A model generated the notes under the pieces. That model searched no databases. It was not told the origin of the DNA and was given only the letters and a program-made list of their open reading frames with translations. Below, one piece after another: positions 1 to 7,843 of a DNA stretch of 11,431 nt. The DNA is from Promethearchaeia archaeon. Its GTDB lineage: Archaea > Asgardarchaeota > Lokiarchaeia > Sigyniarchaeales > SOKP01. Made by a program: the position numbers and the translations under genes. The stretch lies in NCBI GenBank assembly GCA_029856045.1, contig JAHQWG010000002.1, positions 1-11,431 of the forward strand. Reading direction: 5' to 3'. The stretch's first letter is position 1. Every line of letters begins with the position of its first letter.

Positions 1-2
1 AT

Positions 3-1472
3 TACCCAATTGCCGACTATTTTAATGGAAATTTGAATATTTCTATTATTTTTGAAGGAACAAACCAAATTAATTTTGTAAATGAAAATAAATCTCTACA
101 AATAGCAAATAAATTAAGTTCAACAATAACAATTCTTACCACTCTTCCAACTCAAATTTTAATCGGAAATTATTATATTTCAGTAAATTTAACTAATGAA
201 TTAGGTCAAGCAATGGTTGACTACGAGGTTCTTTTTGAAATTCTTGATAAAAATGATATGGTAATATTTAATGCTACTTCAATAACAAATTTTAACGGAA
301 TAGCTTCCACTTCTCTAGATTTTTTGAGAACTGGTGTAGATTATCGAATTCGAGTAAGATTTATAGAAAAGGATATTTATTTAAGTACAGAAACTTTAAC
401 AACAAATATTCGTATAATTGACTATATAATTCTGTTCTTTGATTATTTACCACTTATTTTATTAATCACAGGATCAACAGTTGCCGGGTTCTTAATTTAT
501 CAAAGAGCATATTTAATTCCTAAGAGAAAGAGATATCGAGAATTATTAAAAATAATGTATCAAAAATTATCTGATGTTGAAAACATACAATATTTCTTGA
601 TTTTGACTAAACATGGTGTTCCGGTATTCTCAAAATCTATGACGGAGATTCCAATTGATGATGGTCTAATTTCTGGATTTTTATCGGCCATTTCTTCATT
701 TGGGACAGAAATTGGAAAGAAAATGGAAAAAGGTGATGGATTTTTAGAGGAATTATCATATCAACAATTTAAAATCATTCTAAGTGAAGGAAAGTATGTT
801 AGATGTGCAATATTATTATTAAAAAAGGCAAGTGAGAATTTAAAAGAGACACTTAGACTTTTTAATAGTAAATTTGAAGAAAAATTTAAAGATAAATTAG
901 TAAGGTATGATGGACAAATGTTTAAAGAAATACAAGTATTATCGTTAATTGAAAATGTATTTGAAGTTGATTTATTATATCCAAATTATCTAATAAAAGA
1001 TAGAGCTATAAAATATATAAAAGATCTTAAAAAAAGTGATATCAGAAATATAATATTGGATATCATTATAAGAGAACAATTAGAGCATTCCTTCTATGTG
1101 CCAGAGATGATTTCGACATTAAAAACTATGGGAATAGACGAAGTTCAATCATTTGAAGCTCTTGAAAATATAAAAAATGACCATATCTGTTTTGCTATCA
1201 ATCCTAGAACAAGTTACTTAATAGAAAAAGTTGAGCCAATTATAAAGAAGTTAGATCTTGATGATAAACATATTTTATTTGCAATATATGAGGGGAATCA
1301 AACACAATCTGATATTTTAGACTTCTTAAAAAAGGAATCTATGAAGTGTGAGAAAAATTTAAATGAATGTTTGGATAAGTTGATATCATTTGGTTTAGTC
1401 ACACTCCTTAACACAATGACTGAAAATGGAGAATTAATTATTACCTTATTAAAATTAATACCAGATCTTTAA
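3..1472 (+). CDS. 5'-truncated large single-pass membrane protein: extracellular beta-rich (Ig-like) region, TM helix, cytoplasmic longin-like domain, two C-terminal winged-helix-like domains
   Basis: The frame is open from base 3 (YPIADYFNGNLNISII...), so the TTG at 33 is probably not the start. TM segment LPLILLITGSTVAGFLIY (~448-500) is followed by basic PKRKRYR. Next is NIQYFLILTKHGVPVFSK...DDGLISGFLSAISSFGTEI...LSYQQFKIILSEGKYVRCAILL...FNSKFEEKF, the pattern of archaeal/Asgard longin-fold domains. The C-terminus (LDLDDKHILFAI...LDKLISFGLV...MTENG) resembles a wHTH. Confidence 0.8.
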   Translation, partial: YPIADYFNGNLNISIIFEGTNQINFVNENKSLQIANKLSSTITILTTLPTQILIGNYYISVNLTNELGQAMVDYEVLFEILDKNDMVIFNATSITNFNGIASTSLDFLRTGVDYRIRVRFIEKDIYLSTETLTTNIRIIDYIILFFDYLPLILLITGSTVAGFLIYQRAYLIPKRKRYRELLKIMYQKLSDVENIQYFLILTKHGVPVFSKSMTEIPIDDGLISGFLSAISSFGTEIGKKMEKGDGFLEELSYQQFKIILSEGKYVRCAILLLKKASENLKETLRLFNSKFEEKFKDKLVRYDGQMFKEIQVLSLIENVFEVDLLYPNYLIKDRAIKYIKDLKKSDIRNIILDIIIREQLEHSFYVPEMISTLKTMGIDEVQSFEALENIKNDHICFAINPRTSYLIEKVEPIIKKLDLDDKHILFAIYEGNQTQSDILDFLKKESMKCEKNLNECLDKLISFGLVTLLNTMTENGELIITLLKLIPDL

Positions 1473-1491
1473 TTGTTTTCCTGAATGTTCA

Positions 1492-1565
1492 TTTTTTTTT
1501 CGAAACATAATAGTTATTACTATTTCTAGCAGCTTAATTAAATATTCACGTATGATAAAAAAAAA
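1492..1565. terminator. Convergent oligo-T terminators between the first two genes
   Basis: T9 at 1492-1500 lies downstream of the + strand stop at 1472. A9 at 1557-1565 (T9 on the minus strand) lies downstream of the minus strand stop at 1580. Oligo-T tracts are typical archaeal intrinsic terminators. Confidence 0.45.
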
Positions 1566-1579
1566 TAGATACTTGTTTT

Positions 1580-2155
1580 TTATATATTAGTAATTAACGT
1601 AGAAATGGATAAAAATATCATATCGAAATTGATTCCTATTATTATTCCAATTAGAGCTGAAAAAACTAATATTAAAATTGAATATATCTGATTTTTTCTC
1701 TTTAATTGAGGTGTAGGATAATCTACAATAAAAATCACATAAAATTGAGAGATTGTATTGAATAAAAAAACCCCTAAACCTATAATAAAACAGAGAATAT
1801 ATATTATCCAAATCCAAATATTTATTTCAATAGACATAGCAAGTATTAATTCTGGAATATTTTTTATTAAAACAGTTAATGCAATGTAAATCCCTCCGAT
1901 TGGTATGGCAGAAAATATCAAACAAATTAAAAGAACAGTAGTAAATTTAAAAGTAATTAAATTTAAGCCTAGATTAAAAAAAGTTCCAATAAACACCAAC
2001 AAAAAAATAATTATTAAGAGAGTAATCGAAATTAAAAGGTATATTCCAAAACCCATTGCTAATGTTGTAAAAGCTCCGGGAACTTTGTCTCCCATTTTTT
2101 CAAAAAGATCTTTTTCTAAAGTTTTAGACATTGGCTCAGACTTCCTCAGATTCAA
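1580..2155 (-). CDS. Hypothetical polytopic membrane protein (~4 TM), possibly Yip1-like
   Basis: 191-aa ORF with four long hydrophobic segments. The ATG at 2131 (MSKTLEK) is an alternative start. FFNLG...TFKFTTVLLICLIFSAIP loosely recalls the Yip1 central motif, but this is weak. Confidence 0.7.
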   Translation of the reverse strand: MNLRKSEPMSKTLEKDLFEKMGDKVPGAFTTLAMGFGIYLLISITLLIIIFLLVFIGTFFNLGLNLITFKFTTVLLICLIFSAIPIGGIYIALTVLIKNIPELILAMSIEINIWIWIIYILCFIIGLGVFLFNTISQFYVIFIVDYPTPQLKRKNQIYSILILVFSALIGIIIGINFDMIFLSISTLITNI

Positions 2156-2254
2156 TCATTCAAAATTAATATGTCTTGTTTCTCTAAATCTCATCATAGC
2201 CTTATTCTTTTACTAGCTTTTAGAAAATATATTTTAACTTTTTTAATTTTAATT

Positions 2255-2470
2255 TCAATCTGTACGAATTAACTTAGAATCCGCTATTTTTAATGTGTTT
2301 TGGCAGTTTGGACAGACCCAATAATCCTCTTTCTGGCAATGTTTAGATATACAATCTAAACATATAACAATATCACATAAACAGTAATATAACATATCCA
2401 AACCAAATTTTTTTTTACATAAAAAACATATATTCTTTTTAGTAGTAATAGGGCTATTGGGCGCACTCAT
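2255..2470 (-). CDS. Small stand-alone C4C4 RING-type zinc finger protein
   Basis: CFLC-x11-CLC-x4-CLDC-x12-CPNC gives eight Cys in RING cross-brace spacing with a terminal CPxC. It has an ATG start and an AT-rich TATA-like element ~25-32 nt upstream. Confidence 0.8.
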   Translation of the reverse strand: MSAPNSPITTKKNICFLCKKKFGLDMLYYCLCDIVICLDCISKHCQKEDYWVCPNCQNTLKIADSKLIRTD

Positions 2471-2679
2471 AAAAGAACGACATAATTTTATTAATAATAT
2501 AATAACACTAGATGTTATAAAAACTTAATATTATGTATTTTTTATTTTTATTTTATTTTTTTAATGGAATAAAAAATGTAAAAAAAAAAGTTCTTTATTT
2601 ACTGGCCTTTAAAAAAGCATTAGTTTAATTTTATTTTAAAAATTTTGTGTATTTTTGAAGAAAGATATGTAGTTATGAA

Positions 2680-3528
2680 TTATTCAAGTTGGATTTCTTT
2701 TTCCATTAATTTAACCTTCTTCATCAGGTATTGCTTGGCATTATGTGGAATTCTTACTACAGAGTCATTTGATTTTTCTATTTCTCTAACTTCATCACAA
2801 AGTTGTGCGGCAGTCCTCATCATTTCATGGGCGGCAGCTAATAAAGGCATATATTCTGTTCGTTCTTTTAATACAAAACATGCCCTACCTGTTAATCTAG
2901 AAACTTGACTTGCTAATTCGAAGGCTGCTATAGCTTTTGCTTTAGCATATGGATTTGAAAATTCGGCTGCCTCTGTAGCCATTGCGCTATCTATTATCAT
3001 TTGAGGTAATGTTGGGTACCTTCCTTCTAACATGTCCATGATTACTTTATTAAGTTCTTTTGTAATTATTGTTAAAACTCCTGTTATGGCTAAAACTTTT
3101 AAAAGATCTGCATTAAAAGAACTCATTTCAATTGGGTCTAAGAACGGGCGACGTGCACCGATCATGCTATCCGCGCTAACTAAAATATATCCCATATTCT
3201 TTTCTTTAATTTCATCTATTGCTTTTTTTGCCGGGGCATCTGAAATAATAATTGTAGGAATTCCCTTCGCTAATTCTCTCGCAGCTTGTGGACCTTTGAG
3301 AGCAGCATTTGGACTTGACATTATAATTAATTCAGGTTCAAATTCAAGTAATTTTTTCATAGTTTCTATACAATGTTCAGGGGGATGCATTTTAGCTCCA
3401 GATGTTACTTCTCTAACATCAATTTTAGTGCCTTCAGCTCTTTCATCCATTAGAAATGCAAGAAGAAGTGATGAGCCTATTGTCCCATTCTTCAAAATTC
3501 CGATTTTTAATATTTTTTCTTCCGACAT
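2680..3528 (-). CDS. mtd: F420-dependent methylene-tetrahydromethanopterin dehydrogenase
   Basis: 282 aa with Mtd family motifs along the whole length: KIGILKNGTIGSS, DERA, SGAKM, SPNAALKGP..ARE, IIISDAP, DSMIGARRPFLDPIEM..FNAD.LKVLA.TG, FSNPYAKAKAIAA, AAAHEMMR.AA.L.DE.RE.EK.ND.V.R.PH. Confidence 0.96.
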   Translation of the reverse strand: MSEEKILKIGILKNGTIGSSLLLAFLMDERAEGTKIDVREVTSGAKMHPPEHCIETMKKLLEFEPELIIMSSPNAALKGPQAARELAKGIPTIIISDAPAKKAIDEIKEKNMGYILVSADSMIGARRPFLDPIEMSSFNADLLKVLAITGVLTIITKELNKVIMDMLEGRYPTLPQMIIDSAMATEAAEFSNPYAKAKAIAAFELASQVSRLTGRACFVLKERTEYMPLLAAAHEMMRTAAQLCDEVREIEKSNDSVVRIPHNAKQYLMKKVKLMEKEIQLE

Positions 3529-3646
3529 TTATTTTGCACTTTGTATTCTGAAATTTAATTAAATTTTAATAAAGTTTGATTATTTAAAATTCTATATTTT
3601 TATATTAAATTAAAATTTATTTAAAGAGTTATTATTATATAATAAA

Positions 3647-3859
3647 ATGAGTTATAGAAGTAAGTTTAAGAAAAGAATTCTATTATTGACTTTAATTTTG
3701 ATATTCCCCATTTATAAAACCATAGAATCTTTATTGAATAACGATATGATTGAAGTTTATCTATGGCTAATGTTTTCAATTATTTTTGGAGTATCATTAA
3801 TTATTCTGTATATTGTGTATTATAAAAAAAAAAGAGTCGTTAAAGAAAAAACAATATAG
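3647..3859 (+). CDS. Small hypothetical membrane protein (2 TM)
   Basis: 70 aa with an ATG start, two hydrophobic helices and basic N- and C-termini (positive-inside). TTTAAA sits at 3620-3625, just upstream. Confidence 0.7.
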   Translation: MSYRSKFKKRILLLTLILIFPIYKTIESLLNNDMIEVYLWLMFSIIFGVSLIILYIVYYKKKRVVKEKTI

Positions 3860-4025
3860 GAAAATTAAGTATCCTATCTGTATTATTTAGTTTTTCATTA
3901 GACATCTTATTAGCATAATTAATTCTTTCTATTAATTAAAAATGATTTCATATTTAGAAATAAAATTTTAAATGGTTTTTGATTATTTTTTTTTTAATAA
4001 ATTACAATAAGATGAATTATTAATA

Positions 4026-4259
4026 ATGTCTGATAAAGATGATTTATTTGATGGAATTTGCAGTGTTACTTGTTCAATAATATCGTTATTTAGCTTAATT
4101 TATACATTAATAATAACCAATTATAGGGAACCTTTAAGATATCTTCCAGCATTCATTTTTTGGAGTGTTTTTTTAATATTCTCTTTAATATTTACAATTA
4201 AGATTTATTTGAATAAAAGGAAAAGACTATTCGATTTAGAAAAACTAAGGCAGGAATAA
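4026..4259 (+). CDS. Small hypothetical membrane protein (2 TM)
   Basis: 77 aa with an ATG start, two hydrophobic helices and a basic tail NKRKR. TTTAATAA lies ~26-33 nt upstream. Confidence 0.7.
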   Translation: MSDKDDLFDGICSVTCSIISLFSLIYTLIITNYREPLRYLPAFIFWSVFLIFSLIFTIKIYLNKRKRLFDLEKLRQE

Positions 4260-4339
4260 TCTAATATGAAAATACTCTAACTATTAAGTATAAATCTTTA
4301 AAACTTCAGTTATAGACTTTTAATTATAATATTTTTTCT

Positions 4340-7300
4340 TTAGCCTCCGGTTAATTCTTCAATACCTAAAGTTGAAGTAAAATAAGTAATTAATAAAAAT
4401 ACAATTAAAACGATCATAAAAATTATGCATAGAATAATTAAAATAGTTACTAAGGTAATCTTTACTCCATCTCTTTGTTTAATTCTAGCCTCAGACATTA
4501 TTGAGATGGAATAACCTATCGATTGAACTGTTATTGTAAAAAATAACATTTCAAATGCAACTATTATTCCTAATACCAATACTGCTTGACTCATTAATTT
4601 AAAAAGATTATAGATGACTTCATTAATTCCCTCAATACTCTGAAATAAGTCATGGATAAAGAATCCAATACCCCACATAATAGTGAACCAAATGAATATT
4701 GATCCTACTCCTAAGATTAATAATTGCCAAGCTAAGCTAACTGATATCGTATTTTTTAGTTGTTTTCGATAGTTTGGAAATTGTGGATCGCAATTAGAGC
4801 ATATGTAATTACAAATTCTTGCAAAAAGTCTAATAAATGCATAGTAAGCAATAAAAGTAAAAATTAAAATGAATGGAATCAGAATTAATTCTGCAAGTGG
4901 CATAAATTTCAAAAAGAAATCATACTGCTCTTCATAATAAAGCAAATGAAAATTAATTTTACTAGCAATGTATAGAAGATATAAAAACATAAAAAAAGTA
5001 AATACTCCACTTATAATCAGATTTAAAATTCTGAGATTGGATTTTTGTTCTCTGAAGAAAATTCTTTTTTGAACAGCCTTTGGAGCCAAGAAAATATCTC
5101 CAAGAAAATTTACTAATGTGTATTTATTAGATTTCAAAACTCTATCTTTTATTATAGAGATATTTTGTAATTCAAATAGCTCCGGATGCTCATCACCTCT
5201 TTCAAGTCTTTTTCTAATTGAAATTTTTGTATCTAAAATTAAAATTACACTAATTCCAAGAAAAGAAAAAATTAATATCATTAATAAATAAATCTGAACT
5301 GATTCAGCCATTGAACCAGGGGAATTATATGCACGAGTTGCATCTGCTTGAACCATATCAAAATATGGTGAAGTAATAGCAGATTTAAACCCACCGGCCA
5401 TTCTATTTAATTGTCCTTTATTATTTATTAATAGGGTATTTGATGCTTCAGTACTAATTGTATAATCATGGCCTTCATTACCCCATCCGGGATATCCAGG
5501 ATTTATTGCTAACCATGCGCCATAAGCCCACAATTCAAAAGAATTTTCATCATAATGGGGATGACTTTGTATATAGTTTTTACTTGAAAACGATAAAAAT
5601 ATAGAATCAGTTGAATAACCTGAACGCAAGAGGGCTATATTAGAATCTTGATAAACATCACTTGCATACACTGGTTTAACTGGTTCAATTTTCTCATTAA
5701 CATCATAACATACTATACTACGAAAATTTGGTAAAGAGCTTAATAAATAATTATATTCATTTAATCCTACTAAGTTATTATTGTTTTTTCTGTGTTCCCA
5801 TAGCCATTGGTATTCTTTCGCGCGTTGTAGATTAGAAATTTGAGCTGCTGAAATCAATAAGACTTCGTTGGTATATCCTGAAGTAGTTGCATCTTCAAAT
5901 AGAGGAGTTGTTGCAAGCGGACTTAGGCAATGAGCCATAAAATCCAAGCTATTTTGAAATCTCGAATTATTAAAGAAATTATATGCATTTAATCTATTTA
6001 GAGCATACATGAACTCAATTGAATTAAGATAGGCAAATGCTAGATAACTTTGACCTTCATAAGAACCACCATCCGGTCGATTTTTTTCATATAAATATGT
6101 TAAAATGGCTTCAGTTGCAATATCAATAAATTCTTCATTTTTTAAGATAAGACCCGCTAATCCCAAACCACCTGCATTAATAACTCGATGATTATTTTCT
6201 GGATATAAATCCATATTAGATAATGGTTGAGCATGATTTTCTAAAAGATCTTCAATTTTAACTCTCTCAGATGCAGATATATTCTTGTAGATAATATCAT
6301 AAGCTATTGCATATGCTTGAACAGCATATGATCGCTTGAGATCCATTGTATAATTGTTTTCTATGTTACCCATATCCAATAAAATCTCTTTTATTTTTTC
6401 TAAATAATTGTGACCACCCTGGATTGCATACTTTAAAGATATTTTTCTTATAGGTTCAACTCTTTGATCTTCATCCCATGTATTTATATCAGTATTGACT
6501 AGTGTATCTACATCTGATATGTATGAAGAATATGAATAATTCCAAGGGTTTTTAGAATTATGGATTTTATCTTTTAGATTCTCTAATTCTGCCGCATTAA
6601 AAAGAAGATATGGATGATCTAAATGTTCTAATTCAGTTATTTCCGAAGAATTAAATTGCCATATTGTGTCCTCTGGGAAAGAATCATAACTTTCTGATAT
6701 TTTTAGAGGATTTTTTTCTATATATTCAACATCTTCGCTTAATGTATCTTTACTTATTATAAAAGAGCAACTATCTATAAGGTTAAACTTTATTAATGAA
6801 TTTTCTGATTTAAATGAAGTATTAACACCATCTACTATCAAGCTTGATACCTCAAAAGGTACATAAATTGAAAATTGTTCGGGTTCAATTAATTCCTCTT
6901 CAATTAACGAGCGATGAAGATCAATATTAATAATACCTGTAATTTCATTTGGGCAATTCTCATAATTGATTAAAAGATTGATGACAGGTTTAGAGCTTTC
7001 AAAATAATTTTTATTCTCAAATGACAATTTCGAAGAATCTTGGACAAAAAAATAGTCAATTAGATTAAGTTCGTTTTTATGAATGAAAAATATTTTAGCA
7101 TCCGATTCTAAATCATTAGGATTGGAAAAAGTTCTTGTAATTCTTTGATCTTGATAATATATCAAATCTGATAAACCAATTTGGCCAATAGTATTAACAT
7201 CTACGGAAGATATAAAGGGAACAGAAGTAGATAAATCTGATTCATTATTAGGATATAAGACGGTTCCCATTAGTGGGTTAGTCATACCCGAATATTTAGC

Positions 7301-7717
7301 TTTAATATATATTGGGTTCTTATCTTCTCCTTCATAGTTTTGAATCGGAAAAAACTTTCCTTCATGATCAGTGAGTTTCTGAATAGGACTTAAAAATGAA
7401 ACATTTAATGAGATTATATCATTTGAAATATAGCTTTGAGTGGAATAACTCAGAGTTTGAAAATCTTCGCTAACAGTAAGATTACCTCTCCCGTGTAAAA
7501 CCCAATCGATGTCAAATAGTTGAGTTTTAGGCATAAGTTCATCAACAATTATGAAATACCCATTATTATTCTCCTCTTCATCTGAATGTATAAAAATTAT
7601 ATTGCGAGTAAAACCCCAGTTTTCTGGGAATAGAATAAAAGCTGTAGCTAATAGAAATGAATTTAATAGTATTAAAATGCCAATAAAAACCAAAATAGCT
7701 GTTTGCTTTTTAGACAT
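4340..7717 (-). CDS. Membrane-anchored heparinase II/III-like (oligo-alginate/polysaccharide lyase-like) protein, apparently circularly permuted, with a C-terminal multi-TM domain
   Basis: Helical toroid motifs: HPYLLFNAAELENLK (~6616), YAIAYDIIY, NNHRV (~6190), DGGSYEGQSY (~6055), PLFEDA. Heparinase II/III beta-domain motifs: ALLRSG, SHPHYDENSFELWAYG..LAINPGY (~5550), SNTLLINNKGQ, ADATRAY (~5335), and FTRNIIF...YFIIVDEL...DWVLH (7612-7493). It has an N-terminal signal anchor and about six C-terminal TM helices. Confidence 0.85.
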   Translation of the reverse strand: MSKKQTAILVFIGILILLNSFLLATAFILFPENWGFTRNIIFIHSDEEENNNGYFIIVDELMPKTQLFDIDWVLHGRGNLTVSEDFQTLSYSTQSYISNDIISLNVSFLSPIQKLTDHEGKFFPIQNYEGEDKNPIYIKAKYSGMTNPLMGTVLYPNNESDLSTSVPFISSVDVNTIGQIGLSDLIYYQDQRITRTFSNPNDLESDAKIFFIHKNELNLIDYFFVQDSSKLSFENKNYFESSKPVINLLINYENCPNEITGIINIDLHRSLIEEELIEPEQFSIYVPFEVSSLIVDGVNTSFKSENSLIKFNLIDSCSFIISKDTLSEDVEYIEKNPLKISESYDSFPEDTIWQFNSSEITELEHLDHPYLLFNAAELENLKDKIHNSKNPWNYSYSSYISDVDTLVNTDINTWDEDQRVEPIRKISLKYAIQGGHNYLEKIKEILLDMGNIENNYTMDLKRSYAVQAYAIAYDIIYKNISASERVKIEDLLENHAQPLSNMDLYPENNHRVINAGGLGLAGLILKNEEFIDIATEAILTYLYEKNRPDGGSYEGQSYLAFAYLNSIEFMYALNRLNAYNFFNNSRFQNSLDFMAHCLSPLATTPLFEDATTSGYTNEVLLISAAQISNLQRAKEYQWLWEHRKNNNNLVGLNEYNYLLSSLPNFRSIVCYDVNEKIEPVKPVYASDVYQDSNIALLRSGYSTDSIFLSFSSKNYIQSHPHYDENSFELWAYGAWLAINPGYPGWGNEGHDYTISTEASNTLLINNKGQLNRMAGGFKSAITSPYFDMVQADATRAYNSPGSMAESVQIYLLMILIFSFLGISVILILDTKISIRKRLERGDEHPELFELQNISIIKDRVLKSNKYTLVNFLGDIFLAPKAVQKRIFFREQKSNLRILNLIISGVFTFFMFLYLLYIASKINFHLLYYEEQYDFFLKFMPLAELILIPFILIFTFIAYYAFIRLFARICNYICSNCDPQFPNYRKQLKNTISVSLAWQLLILGVGSIFIWFTIMWGIGFFIHDLFQSIEGINEVIYNLFKLMSQAVLVLGIIVAFEMLFFTITVQSIGYSISIMSEARIKQRDGVKITLVTILIILCIIFMIVLIVFLLITYFTSTLGIEELTGG

Positions 7718-7843
7718 TATTGAATTGGATAATGTTCTAAAATTATTTAAACATTTAGAAATATATAATTATATTCAATAATCCAAGAGATTATATTTTT
7801 AAATGTTAAAAATGTTTTTAAAATTAAGTGATGATTTAAAATT
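7718..7843. promoter_or_regulatory. Divergent promoter region with back-to-back TATA-like boxes
   Basis: 126-bp intergenic region. TTTAAATA on the minus strand at 7744-7751 is 27-34 nt before the lyase ATG. TTTTTAAA at 7815-7822 is 22-29 nt before the GH172 ATG. The AT-rich background limits confidence. Confidence 0.5.

Noticed and set aside
33-35. TTG start assigned to the first ORF
   Set aside because: The frame is open to the window edge and no signal peptide follows this TTG, so the true start is probably upstream.
1587-2216. ORFs 1587..1817 (-) and 1905..2216 (+)
   Set aside because: They are alternate-frame or antisense shadows of the 1580..2155 membrane protein gene. The Lys/Ile/Asn richness of the + strand ORF mirrors its hydrophobic codons.
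2249-2257. Possible selenocysteine read-through of the RING gene TGA (and pyrrolysine read-through of the TAG at 3857-3859)
   Set aside because: In both cases an in-frame TAA follows within one or two codons, and I see no SECIS-like element.
2537-2590. TTTTA-like short repeats and A-runs between the RING gene and mtd
   Set aside because: This is low-complexity AT sequence, probably terminator-related, with no repeat-spacer structure, so it is not a CRISPR array or mobile-element end.
2645-3562. ORFs 2645..2908 (+) and 3032..3562 (+)
   Set aside because: They are antisense to the well-supported mtd and have no recognisable motifs.
7551-7781. ORF 7551..7781 (+)
   Set aside because: It is antisense to the lyase 5' end and its promoter.
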